Of a stretch of DNA of 51,663 nucleotides, positions 36,919 through 48,612 are shown piece by piece (position 1 is the first letter of the stretch; each line of letters starts with the position of its first letter). Origin of the DNA: Emiliania huxleyi CCMP1516 (lineage: Eukaryota); assembly GCF_000372725.1 (NCBI RefSeq), contig NW_005201092.1, forward strand, positions 117,683-169,345. Direction: 5' to 3'. The notes under the pieces were generated by a model. It was not told where the DNA came from and did no database searches. It saw nothing but the letters and a program-made list of their open reading frames with translations. The position numbers and the translations under genes are program-made.

Positions 36919-38163
36919 GGCAGTGTATTCTATATAGGCTGTAGAGCGGTCCCGACTCCCGAGGTCCCGCGTCTTTAGTGCATAGTGGGGGAAATGGTCC
37001 ATGATTCATTTTCCAAGCCCCAAAACCCAAGGACGGAAACCCCTCGAGGCGTTTGTGAGAGGCGTTTTCGTTCGGCGTCTACGGCTTTATGATGACGGTG
37101 ACAACCGCGGGTAGACCGCTCCTCGAGCGTCGAGGCATGGAAGCGATGGATATTTGCACTTCTCGGGGGCCTCAGCCCTCAGGGCCCGGACTGCTTGGCC
37201 CTGGCGATGGAGCTGCAGCCGGGCGCGCCGGACGCCGCCGCCGCGGCGGGGGCATCCAACTTTCCAAAGGACTCCAAAAGTCGGAAAAGTTGGACGGATG
37301 GCATCATGATGTGGCGTTTGTGTACAGTTTGAGAGGGTCTTTCACATTCACACGTCCGCGGTCATCAGCCAGCGCAAACATGAGAGGGATCGCACGCGCG
37401 CCAGCAGCAGCCCGGGGGGAGGGCGCGCTCTCTCTCTGCCTCTGCGCAGAGCTCTGGGCAAGTGCGTGTGAGGCGCGCAGAGCGCGCGTCCGTTGCACGG
37501 TCCGACTAGGGCACCAATCGGCGCCGAACGCGCGCGCCAGAGCGGGTTGGGGTCGCTCGGTACATGCCCTGGCGCGTGCCAGGACGGCTGCCGAGGGCCT
37601 GCGGCAGGGGGCGAGGGTGAGCTTCAAGGACCAGAAAGGACCTCACCGCCTGGGGGGATCTGCTCTGGGGTGACAGGGGATGGTTGGGTATGTGTGGCTA
37701 CGTGTACCATTGTGTACCACTGGAGATCTGGAACCCTTCTCGGGCCCTCTCGAGCTCTGGCGCAGCGCTGCGCTGCAGGCTGTGCGAGTGGTGTGACGGC
37801 GCGCCTCTCGGTGGTTGGGCGGAGGTCGTGCCGTTGGAGGCCCGGAGCCGCGGCGGCGAGTCGCGCATATTCGTCGCCGGCGCGCGCGCCGGCTGTGAAC
37901 AAACGTAGTCGAGAGGGGGACGCACGCACGCGCCCCTTGAACGAGGCTCGGCCGTCCCACAGACTTGACGAGGCGAGACTCGCCTCTCGGGTTGACTCGG
38001 CCAGACAAAAACCCCGAGAGGCGTGGGAGTACCTCGCCAGCCCATGTCTCTCTGTGTGCAGGTGTGCTCGCCGCAGCCTCCACAAACGTTGGCAACGGAT
38101 TCCGGTCGTGCACCCATCGACGGCGAGGCGCAAAACTCCGGCCAGCACGCCGCGCACGCACCA

Positions 38164-39456
38164 ATGAAGTTTGAAGCAGTCAATCAGGCCTTCACTGTCG
38201 CCGCACCTCGGCCCTCCGTCCTCGACTTTGATGACGTCCCCACCTCCGTGCTACCTTCTTCATCACCCGCACCTGCGGAAATGGAGTCACAGCCGCCACC
38301 GCTGCCGCCGACTGCTGCACATGGACGACGGAGCCGCCTCAGCCGCCTCCGCCAATCCTTTGCTTTGCGCAAGTCAAGCACTTCATCCAGCGAATTGAGC
38401 CATAAAAGACAGAGCCGCTTCAGCCGCCTCAGGCAATCCCTTCCTGGACTGTCGAGGAGCAAATCAACCAATCCACAGCTTACCATCACCACATCAATGA
38501 GCTCAACGGAAGGCGTGCAAGCCAACGACCAACCTCCGACTGCTTCAGTGCCTTCATTCCCATCGTCAAGCCGAACGCAAAGGCTTTCTCACATTATGGC
38601 TTACCACGCTGCCAACGCGGTGGTCAGCAGAGGTAGCAGAGTAGCCCTCAGCGAGGAGTTGGTTCGCCACGCTTCGGCGTCGTTTGTGCAGGAGGGCGAT
38701 GAGTACACGCCGCTGTCCACCAGGCTCTCTCAAGTCAAGTACTCTGAAGCCCGCTTGCATCGGATGTCTCATCGGATGTCGCACGTATCCACGAGGCACT
38801 CTGAAGTCCGTTCGCGCGCAGCCTCGCGTGAGTCCGGCGGTGCGGGAATGGCGCCCATCCACGACATGCCGAGTGTGAGGGAGCGGCCGGAGAGCATTGG
38901 CGAAGGCATCGCCGAAGGCATTGCCGAAGGCGACGTGTGCATCTCCTCTCGAATGAGCCGTGTGTCGAAGGTACGCGCGACGTCCATTGCGGAAGAGCAA
39001 GATGGACAGGACGCGCTGCCGGAGGCTTCGCAGGGCTTTCTGGGCGCGTGGAAGTTCCTCCGCGATGACAACTACAAGGCCTTTCTGTCCGAGTGCGTGG
39101 GGCTGCGGTGGCCAATCCTGCAGGTTGCCGAGCGCGTCAAGCCTCAGCCGACGCTCACGATCGAAGACGGCGTGCTGATCAGCAAGACCGCCCTACCGAG
39201 TATCAAGTCGTACACTGAGCGCCTTGCCGTCGGCGAGACGACCTTTTATGAGCCGAACCAAACCGCCGAATATACTGTGACCTCCGTTTGGGAGGATGGC
39301 GCCGTCTTTGTGTCGACGCGCCAGTGTGACAAGATCAATGCCGGCAAGCCTATCACACAGCGTCGGTGGATTGACGGGACGACAGGCGAGTTGGTCATAC
39401 AACATGATTGGGGAGGGAAGCGCCCCTTCATCTCATGGCACTCCAAGAACAAGTGA
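38164..39456 (+). CDS. Intronless protein with a disordered Ser/Arg-rich N-terminus and a C-terminal FABP/calycin-like beta-barrel
   Basis: FLGAWKFLRDDNYKAFL...VGL...KPQPTLTIEDG...ITQRRWID..GELVI resembles the iLBP GxW signature and strand pattern. Confidence 0.65.
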   Translation: MKFEAVNQAFTVAAPRPSVLDFDDVPTSVLPSSSPAPAEMESQPPPLPPTAAHGRRSRLSRLRQSFALRKSSTSSSELSHKRQSRFSRLRQSLPGLSRSKSTNPQLTITTSMSSTEGVQANDQPPTASVPSFPSSSRTQRLSHIMAYHAANAVVSRGSRVALSEELVRHASASFVQEGDEYTPLSTRLSQVKYSEARLHRMSHRMSHVSTRHSEVRSRAASRESGGAGMAPIHDMPSVRERPESIGEGIAEGIAEGDVCISSRMSRVSKVRATSIAEEQDGQDALPEASQGFLGAWKFLRDDNYKAFLSECVGLRWPILQVAERVKPQPTLTIEDGVLISKTALPSIKSYTERLAVGETTFYEPNQTAEYTVTSVWEDGAVFVSTRQCDKINAGKPITQRRWIDGTTGELVIQHDWGGKRPFISWHSKNK

Positions 39457-40045
39457 GGAGTTGGTTGAGATTGGCACAGAGAAGTAGAGTGCTGAGCGCT
39501 CAGTGAGGAGACACAGGAGGGGCAGGCGTGTTTGTGTTGGCGTTCGGTCGGTCGGAGGTCGGGGGAGAACGGGAGAGGGGCGGAACTTCACAGAGCTGTT
39601 CACACACCATGTGCGGCGAGTTGCCGACTTTGGACCGAAGTCGCCAGCCAGCACACCTTCCGCACCATCCACAATGCCGAGCAATCAGCAAGTGCGTGGC
39701 GCCGTCGAGGACCTCGTCGAGACGGAGATCCAGCGTTTTGATGTAGATCAATTGCTGCGCAATAAGGAGTGTACGACGCGATCTTGCAAGAGGTAGCTGA
39801 CGACCTCTTCAATCTCCTGCTCGAGCAGGAACGCCCCCGCAAGGCGCGCGATAGCCGATACACACATTTCCCTCTCGGTTTGCTGTGCTCTCTTAGCCGT
39901 GTACACGGACAAGTGCCGCCCTAGCGTCCCCTTGAAGATGGAGTCGACTCGGGCGTCCGGCGTCGCGTCGTGTGCAAGGTTCGCGTTGTAGTGCCGCCGC
40001 CGCACGATGCCCTCCAGCGTCTCCAGTGTGAGTGAGTGAGTATTC

Positions 40046-41100
40046 TTGATACCGAAACACGACGACACACACGATCTGCTGCACGTCGCGCCGATGGCGG
40101 CGGTGACCGACCGCCACTTTCGCATGCTCATCCGCTGCGTCAGCCCGCTGCCGACGCTGTGGAGCGAGATGACCTGGGACACCGTCGCCATCGAGACGGT
40201 GGACGCCGAGGCGCTCATGGGGTTCTCAGCGGCGGAGCGGCCCGTGGTGCTGCAGCTCGGCGGCAGCCAACCCGAGCGGCTCGCGCGCGCGGCGGCGCTG
40301 GCGGTCTCGCGCGGGTATCAGCACATCAACCTCAACTGCGGCTGTCCGGCGGGCACCAACGAGTGGCGAGCGTGCTACGGCGCCAGGCTGATGCTCGACC
40401 CGCGGCTCGTGGCGACGTGCTGTGCGGCCATGCACGCGGCGGCGCGCCGCGAGGCCGAGCAGATGGGCGCGGCGCCGCCGACCGTCCGTCAAGTGCCGGC
40501 TCGGCGTCGACGGCCGCGATTCGTACGACGGTCTCGTGGAGTTTGTGCGTCTCGTCTCGGGCGAGGGCGGTGTGCGCGTCTTCATCGTGCATGCGCGCGT
40601 GGCGCTTCTCACCCTCAACGCGGCCGCCAATCGAACGGTGCCGCCGCTCGACCACGAGCGCGTCCTCCGGCTCGCGGCCGCCTTCCCGCACCTCACCTTC
40701 ATTATCAATGGCGGCGTCACCAGCCTCGAGCAGGCGGCGGCGCTCATCGCGCGTGGCGTGCGCGGCGCGATGATCGGCCGGCAGTCTGTGACGGAGCCGT
40801 ACCTGTTTGCGCGCTCGGCGGTGCTGAGTGGCGGCGGAGGCGCGGCGCGCAGCCGGCGGGAGGCGCTCGACCTCTACCTGACCTACGCATCGGAGGCGCA
40901 GGCCGCGAACTGGGGCGGCGGCCACCCCGTCACACTCGCCCGCGCGCTGCTTGCACCCATCAGTGGTCTCTTTCACGCCACGGAGAGCGGGTCGAGGTGG
41001 CGGCGCGCGGTGCGCGCGGCCATGCAGGAGCGCGGGCGGCTGCGCGACTGCCCGATTGCAGACAGTGGCGGACGCGCTGCTCGACGACCGCCCTGCGGTG
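40046..41100 (+). CDS. dusA: tRNA-dihydrouridine synthase (DusA-like), frameshifted at ~40487
   Basis: VAPMAAVTDRHFR, LQLGGS, INLNCGCP, then in the next frame VKCRLG, FIVHAR, INGGV and GAMIGR. Start codon uncertain. Confidence 0.85.
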
Positions 41101-44100
41101 GCACTGCGGCACTCGCCGCCCGACGCACCGTCGCGCGCCGAGGACGAAAGTGACGACGCGGGTTGCCACCGTGGCGATGCGAAGGCCGATGCAGAGGGCG
41201 CTGCGCCTCCTCCCTCCGCTGTGCTGCGCATCTCGCGACTCCCTGCGGCCTTCTTGCGCGCACGCCCCGGCGCGTCCGGACCGACGCCGCGCGAGGCGCT
41301 GGCAGCGGCGGCGGCGCCGTTTGGTTTCTCTGGAAATCTCGCTGTGCTGCACGCCGCGCGCGTGGCGTTGCTCGAGATGGACTCGCCCGCGGCCGCGCAG
41401 GCCATGCTTGAGCACCACGCTCAACATGGGCTGCAGCTCAGCACGGGCGGTGCTGTGGTCTTTGAGGTTAGCCGCGAGGGTGTCATGCCCGCTCGTCGTG
41501 CCATCGGTGGCGCGGGCGGCGGCGCGGGCGGCGGCGCGGGCGGCGGCGCTGGCAACGGTGCGGGCGATGGCGCGGGAGATGACGCGGGAGACGGCGCGGG
41601 CGACGGCGCTGTCGTGATGCCGCTCCCCGCCCACGCGGTGGCATCCGAGTGCGAGCGATGCCTCGAGTCGATCGTGCGCCAGCTCGAGAAGGCTGAGGTG
41701 GAGGCGAACGCGCTGCGCAACAGAGAGCGCCACGCCGCCCATCTCGCCGTCATGGACGGCGTCTTCGCTGGCCACCACTTCGACCGCTCCGTGTGCTGGC
41801 CGCACTTTCGGCGCGCCGGCGGATGCGATCGGGGCGAGCACTGCGCGCACGCGCACGTGCTGGACGGGCCGCCGCGCTTCTGCTGCGCGCCGCCGCGGCT
41901 GAGGACGTTTGAGGAGGTGGACAGCTACCCTGCGGACTACAGGGAGCTATCCGACGAGAAGTGCGCGGTCAACCAGGCGCTCGGAAGCCTCGCAAAGGAG
42001 CACTGGGCGGAGCGCGCAGCGACGAGGGCGTCGCCGACCGCATTCGAAGCGGTGGAGGAGGGTGAGAGTGGCGGCGGTCAGGTGATGCGCTGCCTCGTGC
42101 TCGACGGCGCGGGAGTGTGCACGACGCGTGCACTAAAGCGAGCATTGGCCGGTACCACCAGTCCTGAGCACCGCCCAGCGGCGCCGCGCGTCGTGGTGCA
42201 CGTGCCCAACATTGCGACGGGCACGTACGCACGGCTGCTCGGGGCGGGCGAGTGCGTGCCATTCCTGGGCTCGCTTCGAGCCTTTCTCGACTCGCGCACC
42301 TGCCCGCGCGGCGAGCACGCGCAGCACTCGCCGCGCGTCGTCGGCGGACGCAGCCAACTCGCCGTTGCCGCCTCCGCCTGCGGCGACGCACCGCGAGCGG
42401 AGCCACAGGCAGACGGGGCGAGCCGCCAGGCCCCGTTCTTCGACGTCGTGTTTGCCGACTACTGCTGCTCCCTGTACGCAAACCGCCACGACCTCGAGCT
42501 CTCTCCCGTGCATGATCTGATCGCCCTCTTCGCCTCGGGCGCGCTCGCCGACGGCGCCGTGCTCGCTGTCACCCTCGCTCGCCCCGACGCGACCAAGCCG
42601 CGCTTCCCGAGCGAGGTGCACGCGGCCGTCACCGCGGCCGTGGGCGATCGGGGCGCACGCTCTCCGGCGGCGGACGAAATCGCGAGCGGCGGCGGCGCGC
42701 GCTGCCCTGATGGCAGCGGCCGGGGCGACAAGCACGCGCTCGACGACGACGCGGAAGTGCTCTGCGCCGCGGTGGATCGGTTGGCGTCGTGGATCGGCAG
42801 GGCGGCGTCTCTGCGGGCGCACTTCGACTTCGGAGCGACATTCGTCCGCATGTGGCGCATTGCGAGCACCGCAGCCCAAACGCCGCCCAAGCGCGCGCCG
42901 ATCGCAATGGAGACGCGCACCAGTCGCGAGCCCAGCGTAAGTACGACCGTCGATGGTCAGGTCGTGTGGCGCCGCCGCTTCAACGCCGTCTTCTACTTCA
43001 TGGACCTGCAGACGGCGCAAACGGTGGTGCGAATCCTCATCTCCTCGGGCCACCTGCCAAAGGACGTGGCGAAGGAGGCGGGCAAAGCGGTGAAATGCGG
43101 CGACCGCATCCGAGTGACTGGCACACAGGACGCCGAGCAGTCGCTCTTGCGCGTGACCGCCATCACGGTGCTCAGCAGCTGGAGCGAGCTCAACCCGAGC
43201 ACGCCATTCCAGCCGCAGCCACGCTCAAAGGCGCGCTCGTGCGACGTCGTCAGCACATCTGAGGCGCCTTTGAGCGTGGCTGCCAGCGAAGCGCCGCCTG
43301 CCGCCCCCTCGCTCGTGCGAACGGTCTGCAAATTCTTCGTCAACACCGGGCGCTGCGCCACGCGCGACTGCAGCTTCGCCCATGACGTGGCTGCTCGCGG
43401 CGAATGGGTCGCGGAGCGTCAGCGCGAGCGCCGCGCGGCCGCGCAGCTTGACAGCGAGCGGCTCGGCGACCCTCACGCAGCCGCAGTCAAGGGCGACAAG
43501 GGGCGGCGTGCGGCCATCTTCGCCGATTGGCTCGTAGCAACCTTTGGCGCGGAGGCACTGAACGAAGGCACTGGTGTGTGCGACGTGGCTGGTGGGAGAG
43601 GTGACCTCAGCTTCGAGCTGGCGTGCGCTCGCGGCGTGCGCTGCGTGCTGGTCGACCCGCGGCCCCAGCAGCCGCGCAAGCAACATTGGAAGCGACTCGC
43701 GCGCAGCGGCGGGCACGTTGCGCTGCCACGGCACGTGCAGTCGTGCGTGGGCCCCGAGTTTGGCGCGGTGAGCGCCGAGGAGCGTGAGGTGCTGCGCGCG
43801 AGCTCCGCCTTTGTGGGCATGCATCCGGACGAAGCGACCGAGTGGATCGTCGACACGGCGCTGCGCGAGCGGAGGCCGTTTGCGGTCGTGCCGTGCTGCG
43901 TCTTTGCGGACCTCTTCGCGCGGCGCACCGCCGACGGGCGCTCGGTGACGACCTACGAGGCGTTCCTTGCGTACCTCCTCGCCAAGGACTTGTCGATCCA
44001 ACGCGACTGGCTCCCCTTTGAGGGGAGAAATTGCGTCCTGTACCGGCACGCCGACGAACCCGCGCCCGCGAAGCCGACGGGCGCTCCGATGTCGCTCGCG

Positions 44101-44190
44101 CAGTGCGAGGCCTGTGAGGACGATTTGGGCGGCGCGTGCGTCCCCGACGTCAGTGCGACCACGGACTGTGATCCCGTCTTTAACGTTTAA
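41057..44190 (+). CDS. Multidomain protein: RRM-like, CCCH finger, putative MTase-like domain, OB-fold-like, CCCH finger, C-terminal SAM methyltransferase
   Basis: CWPHFRRAGGCDRGEHCAHAH; LVLDG...FDVVFADYC; CKFFVNTGRCATRDCSFAH; DVAGGRGDLSFEL...GMHPDEATE...FAVVPCCVF...LPFEGRN. Confidence 0.75.
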
Positions 44191-44203
44191 GGCAACGGGC
44201 CAA

Positions 44204-44804
44204 GGCTAGTGCCATGATCACTCTGACACGCTAATCTTGAAAACGTCTCCAACGGAGCTCCGTGTTGCTTCCAGCGCCCTCCCCCGCGCTCCCTGCGGCC
44301 ATGGCCGATGATCCTAGTATGAGAGGTCATCTGGCTACCGCGAGAGCGACCCAACTCGTCGACATCGTCCGATGATGGTGCCTCAAAGTCAGCCTTCGGA
44401 GGCTATCGTGGGGTCGAGCCGGCAGTAGCCGTGACATGTGGTTCCACCACCCCTCGTAGGCTTTGCCTCTGACCGCCACCGTTCCCAGGCTGCCTAATGG
44501 GATGGAAAGAAAGGCTCGGCGAGCGTATAGAAGCGTTCTCGACCTCGTCGTGGCAACCTGCACGGCAGCGCTGGCAGGCGCGATGAGCGTCGTGCCACCT
44601 GACCCGAGACGGGTCGCAGGCGTCGTACCGAGCGCGTCGAGACCGTGTCATGATGTGATCTGCACGGGTGAGTCACGTCGGCGTCAAAGGAGCGACGTGT
44701 GACTTGTCAGAGCTTGATCTCCGATCTCAGCGGCGTCGAGTCGTCTCCGGCGCGCTACAAAGGTACATCCACAGGACGCGCAGAGGCAGCTGCGACCCCG
44801 CTGA
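44204..44804 (+). mobile_element. MITE copy 1 (left part; right end lost in a gap)
   Basis: High identity over ~600 bp to 47783-48383; begins GGCTAGTGCCA. Confidence 0.8.
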
Positions 44805-45564
44805 NNNNNNNNNNNNNNNNNNNNNNNNNNNNNNNNNNNNNNNNNNNNNNNNNNNNNNNNNNNNNNNNNNNNNNNNNNNNNNNNNNNNNNNNNNNNNNNN
44901 NNNNNNNNNNNNNNNNNNNNNNNNNNNNNNNNNNNNNAGCGGGGCGAGTCGGAGAGGGCCAGGGCGAGGGGCGGCCGGGGCGACGGCCGCCGGCGGAGGA
45001 GCACGTCTCGCTCCGACTCGGACTGACCGACGGCTCTGCCGAGGGCACTGCCCAGGGCAGAGCCCGCCGCCGCCCCAAGGGCGGAAGAGGGTCGCGGCGA
45101 GATCGTGGGCGGGTGGGTGGGGGGTGGGGGAGGCCGGCGGAGGCGGCGGCGAGGTCGAGATGACTACGTCGGTGGTAGTGCCCGATTTGGTTCCCGCGAG
45201 CAGGTCGCTTGTGGCACGTTACCGCGCTGCAACAGCGCGCGTTTTTTGGCTAGGCGCTGTTCACAGACCTTACAAACCTCCCATACATACGCAAAACAAC
45301 CCCGGGCTCTAGACGCATCGGAGCCCGAACTCCGTGTATGTGGGGCGAGCTGTGTACACACACTACGCAGCGCTCTCTCGGATCCACACGTACACACGTG
45401 TAAACCTGTAAACCGCCGCGCACGTCGCCGAGAGCGAGCGTCAAAGCCACGGCCGGCCGATCGGGTGCCCCAACATGATGCAGCATCCGCACCGCGCTCG
45501 ACAAGTTCCACATCGACCGCTCGAGGTGGCCCGAGCTCGCCGCCGATCGCTCCGTCGGCCTGGA

Positions 45565-45738
45565 GTACTTGAGCTGTACGCGCGGCGCCTTCTCGTCGTC
45601 GGAGAACTCGATCTTGTACTCGAAATTGTTGAAGCCGAGGATCAGCTCGCGGTGCCCGTGGAAGAGCTGCAGCACGCGGTCTATGACACCGGGCGTGTCG
45701 ATCGACTGCGCCTTGAACTCCTTCATGATGTCGAGGAA
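45565..45738 (-). pseudogene. SIN3: Isolated Sin3 PAH1-domain exon fragment
   Basis: [44 protein letters not shown] follows a pyrimidine/CAG acceptor. The conserved LPP is missing and no other Sin3 exons are seen. Confidence 0.8.
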
Positions 45739-46195
45739 CTGGAGGAGGAGAGGAGGGGTGGCGGCTAGGCGGAGGTGTGACGAGAGGCGTGCCAGTGTCA
45801 GTGAGTATATTGTAGAAGCCACCCCATGTGCACAGTATCTTGACTGAGAGCTAAGCCAGGGGAGGCGATGCCGGGGCCGTACAGCAGCTTGATGGTGCTT
45901 CGCCGGCGTAGAAGCGGCCGCGGCGGGCTCCGGATGCCTGAAAAAGACGGATTTACGTGGGCTGTGGGAGATTTACTGTCGACCCAAACGACACTGTGGC
46001 GTGAACCTCTCAGACGGCGCTAAATATTTTCCGAGCCGTTTTAAAGTTCCACCGCTACGACTGGAGATAAATCGAGATTTGCTCTCGTTAAAGCGCACTG
46101 GTTTTTTAATTAATCATGCAAATCCGCGGAAGGAGCTTGCTTGCTCACCTTGCGCTGTCGGCTCCACCTTACTCTCTGCCCCAAACCGCGCCGCC

Positions 46196-47629
46196 ATGGC
46201 TTCCGACTTCTCGCTCGAGGACCCCGCCCGCTCCTCTGTCGCGCGCGGCTCGCGTCACAGCCAGCGCCAGAGCATCGACCTCTCCCAGTCCATGGTCGAG
46301 TCCGGCAACGCTTTTGGCGACCCGCCGTTGGTGCGGCCGTCGTGGCTGCAGCGGCAGTGGACCTTCTTCTGCGGCACTCCGTGCCGCGCGATGCTCGGCT
46401 GTGGTACGATCGTGCTGCTCGGACTCATCATATTCGTGCCCGTCTCTTTCGCCGAAACCTTTGCGCCCGGGCAGAGGACGTGCACTGGGGCAGGTGAAGA
46501 CTACTGCCAACCGGGCATTGCACGTTGCGGTCCATCCCCGCCATCAATCATCCTACCATGGGAAGACCAGATACCTCCCCACATACGCGACGACGATCCC
46601 AGCTGCTGCGAAGGGCTCTTTCCGAAGAAGTTGTTCGTCCGAGGGCAATTCAGGTGGATCTGCAAGCCTTTCGATGGAGTGTGTGTCAGCAAGGACTCGA
46701 CTTCACAGTGCTGGATCACCCCGCCGGGGAAACCGTCGTCGATACCATTCAACGATACCATTCAACACGGTGCTCCTGACCAGTGCAAACGCGTCTGGGG
46801 TGACCAACCAGGGATTGAGGTCTGCGATGGGATCAAGGATTATTGCGAGGACACTGGCTACGGGTGCAACGGCAACTACTGCTCGTTCGGACGGGGCGAA
46901 GGAGGTGGGTATTCCTGCATGACCGACCAGCACCCAATTTATGATGCGTTTAACCGCAAATATGATGCGTTTAACCGCGGCTATAATGATCCTAGCCTGT
47001 TGGGTCCTTACTTTGACATGCACAGCATCAGCGATTCTCCTTCCTTGGACAACGTCAACTTGTACAGCCCACAAGGGACGTACGTGATGCGAGCCTTCAA
47101 CTGTCACTCCACGTATGATGCATTGAAGATTGATCAACACACTTCGCTTTCTCCTTGGTGGTTGATGCCATGCCGTGGATGCCCTAACCCGAGGGAACAG
47201 AAGGGCTGTCTGGCATATGGCGACGCAGTGCGGGTGCAATATCTAATGATTTCCACACCACTTAGTGACGCTTACGACGCTGGTAAACCAGCAAGGACAT
47301 TCGGAGCGGAACACCACGACCCTTATGGCAGATTCAACGTATCAGGAATTGAACGGAATGTGACTTGGCTCTCACTGCCCTGGGAACAAGAAGGTAACCG
47401 TGATTCACCAGAGACAACCTTTGAGATGTTGGGGGCCGCGCGTCTCGACATCGAAGGATTTTTCAATGTTGCGTGCATCCAAGACGCAATTCGAGCCGAC
47501 CTTAAAGGAATTCCGGCTGCCCAGCTCGAAGCTGCTCTGACGCTGGCCACTACAACGCACACAGTGCACAACCGCAGCTGCGAGTGTGTGTGGACGAGTG
47601 GCAAGTGCGAGCCTGCGATATCGTCGTAG
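46196..47629 (+). CDS. Intronless Cys-rich type II membrane protein of unknown function
   Basis: GCCGCCATGG start; TM segment TIVLLGLIIFVPVSF; many Cys and N-glycosylation sequons. The 3' part is visibly more AT-rich than its surroundings. Confidence 0.7.
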   Translation: MASDFSLEDPARSSVARGSRHSQRQSIDLSQSMVESGNAFGDPPLVRPSWLQRQWTFFCGTPCRAMLGCGTIVLLGLIIFVPVSFAETFAPGQRTCTGAGEDYCQPGIARCGPSPPSIILPWEDQIPPHIRDDDPSCCEGLFPKKLFVRGQFRWICKPFDGVCVSKDSTSQCWITPPGKPSSIPFNDTIQHGAPDQCKRVWGDQPGIEVCDGIKDYCEDTGYGCNGNYCSFGRGEGGGYSCMTDQHPIYDAFNRKYDAFNRGYNDPSLLGPYFDMHSISDSPSLDNVNLYSPQGTYVMRAFNCHSTYDALKIDQHTSLSPWWLMPCRGCPNPREQKGCLAYGDAVRVQYLMISTPLSDAYDAGKPARTFGAEHHDPYGRFNVSGIERNVTWLSLPWEQEGNRDSPETTFEMLGAARLDIEGFFNVACIQDAIRADLKGIPAAQLEAALTLATTTHTVHNRSCECVWTSGKCEPAISS

Positions 47630-47782
47630 GTTCGACGGGAATGCTCCAACTCGGGGCCGAGTACTGCGATGGGGAAGATGAGCCATCGCCCTCGCAGCCA
47701 TCGCCCGAAGCGCCGCCGTCGGTGGGCCCGACTGCAGGAGCGGCCGCGTAGCGCACGCACGGCCCTTGGCTGAAGAAGGAAG

Positions 47783-48612
47783 GGCTAGTTCCAATTCACT
47801 CTGACACGCTAATCTTGAAAACGCGTCCAACGGAGCTCCGTGTTGCTCCCAGCGCCCTCCCCCGAGCTTCCTGCGGCCATGGCCGGTGCTACTAGTATGG
47901 GGGGCTACCTGGCTACCGCGAGAGCGACCCAACTCGTCGACATCGTCCGATGATGGTGCCTCAAAGTCAGCCTTCGGAGGCTATCGTGGGGTCGAGCCGG
48001 CAGTAGCCGCGACATGTGGTTCCACCACCCCTCGTAGGCTTTGCCTCTGCTCGCCACCGTTCCCATGCTGCCTAATGGGATGGAAAGGGAGGCTGGGCGA
48101 GCGTATAGAAGCGTGCTCGACCTCGTCGTGGCAACCTGCACGGCAGCGCTGGTAGGCGCGATGAGCGTCGTGCCACTTGACCCAAGACGGGTCGCAGGCG
48201 TCGTACCGAGCGCGTCGAGACCGTGTCCTGATGTGATCTGCACGGGTGAGTCACGTCGGCGTCAAAGGAGCGACGTGCGACCTGTCAGAGCTTGAATCTC
48301 CGATCTCAGCGGCGTCGAGTCATCTCCGGCGCGCGACAAAGGTACATCCCCAGGACGCGCAGAGGCAGCTGCGACCCCGCTGAGTGGACGNNNNNNNNNN
48401 NNNNNNNNNNNNNNNNNNNNNNNNNNNNNNNNNNNNNNNNNNNNNNNNNNNNNNNNNNNNNNNNNNNNNNNNNNNNNNNNNNNNNNNNNNACGCCGTCCA
48501 CTCGGCGGGGTCGCAGCTGCCTCTGGAAGGCACCGAGATGTACCTTTTTCGCGCAATGGTCAAAATCAAGGTTTTGTAACGCGAGCTGTGCCACAGTGAA
48601 ATGGAACTAGCC
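47783..48612. mobile_element. Non-autonomous TIR transposon (PIF/Harbinger-like MITE) with AAG TSD; contains a gap
   Basis: Left end GGCTAGTTCCAATTCACTCTGACAC; reverse complement of right end GGCTAGTTCCATTTCACTGTGGCAC. AAG at 47780-82 and 48613-15. Empty site GAAGG-AAG-GGCACCC near 36766. Confidence 0.88.

Larger units (their letters stand above)
45219..47751. mobile_element. 2533-bp cargo insertion into repeat B, bounded by CG on both sides
   Basis: Flanks TGTGGCACG| and |CGCACGCACGGCCC rejoin to the empty site TGTGGCA-CG-CACGCACGGCCC at 36731-36751. Confidence 0.8.

Noticed and set aside
35725..37002. Long ORFs spanning N runs (also at 19.5, 44.8, 48.4, 49.1 and 50.4 kb)
   Set aside because: Artefacts of assembly gaps.
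39500..40030. Short minus-strand ORF pieces between the FABP-like gene and DusA
   Set aside because: No clear start, interrupted by a stop, and no recognisable family.
44204..48383. ~600-bp direct repeats read as LTRs of a retrotransposon
   Set aside because: No TG...CA ends, PBS or gag/pol. The second copy has its own TIRs and TSD, so these are two MITE copies.
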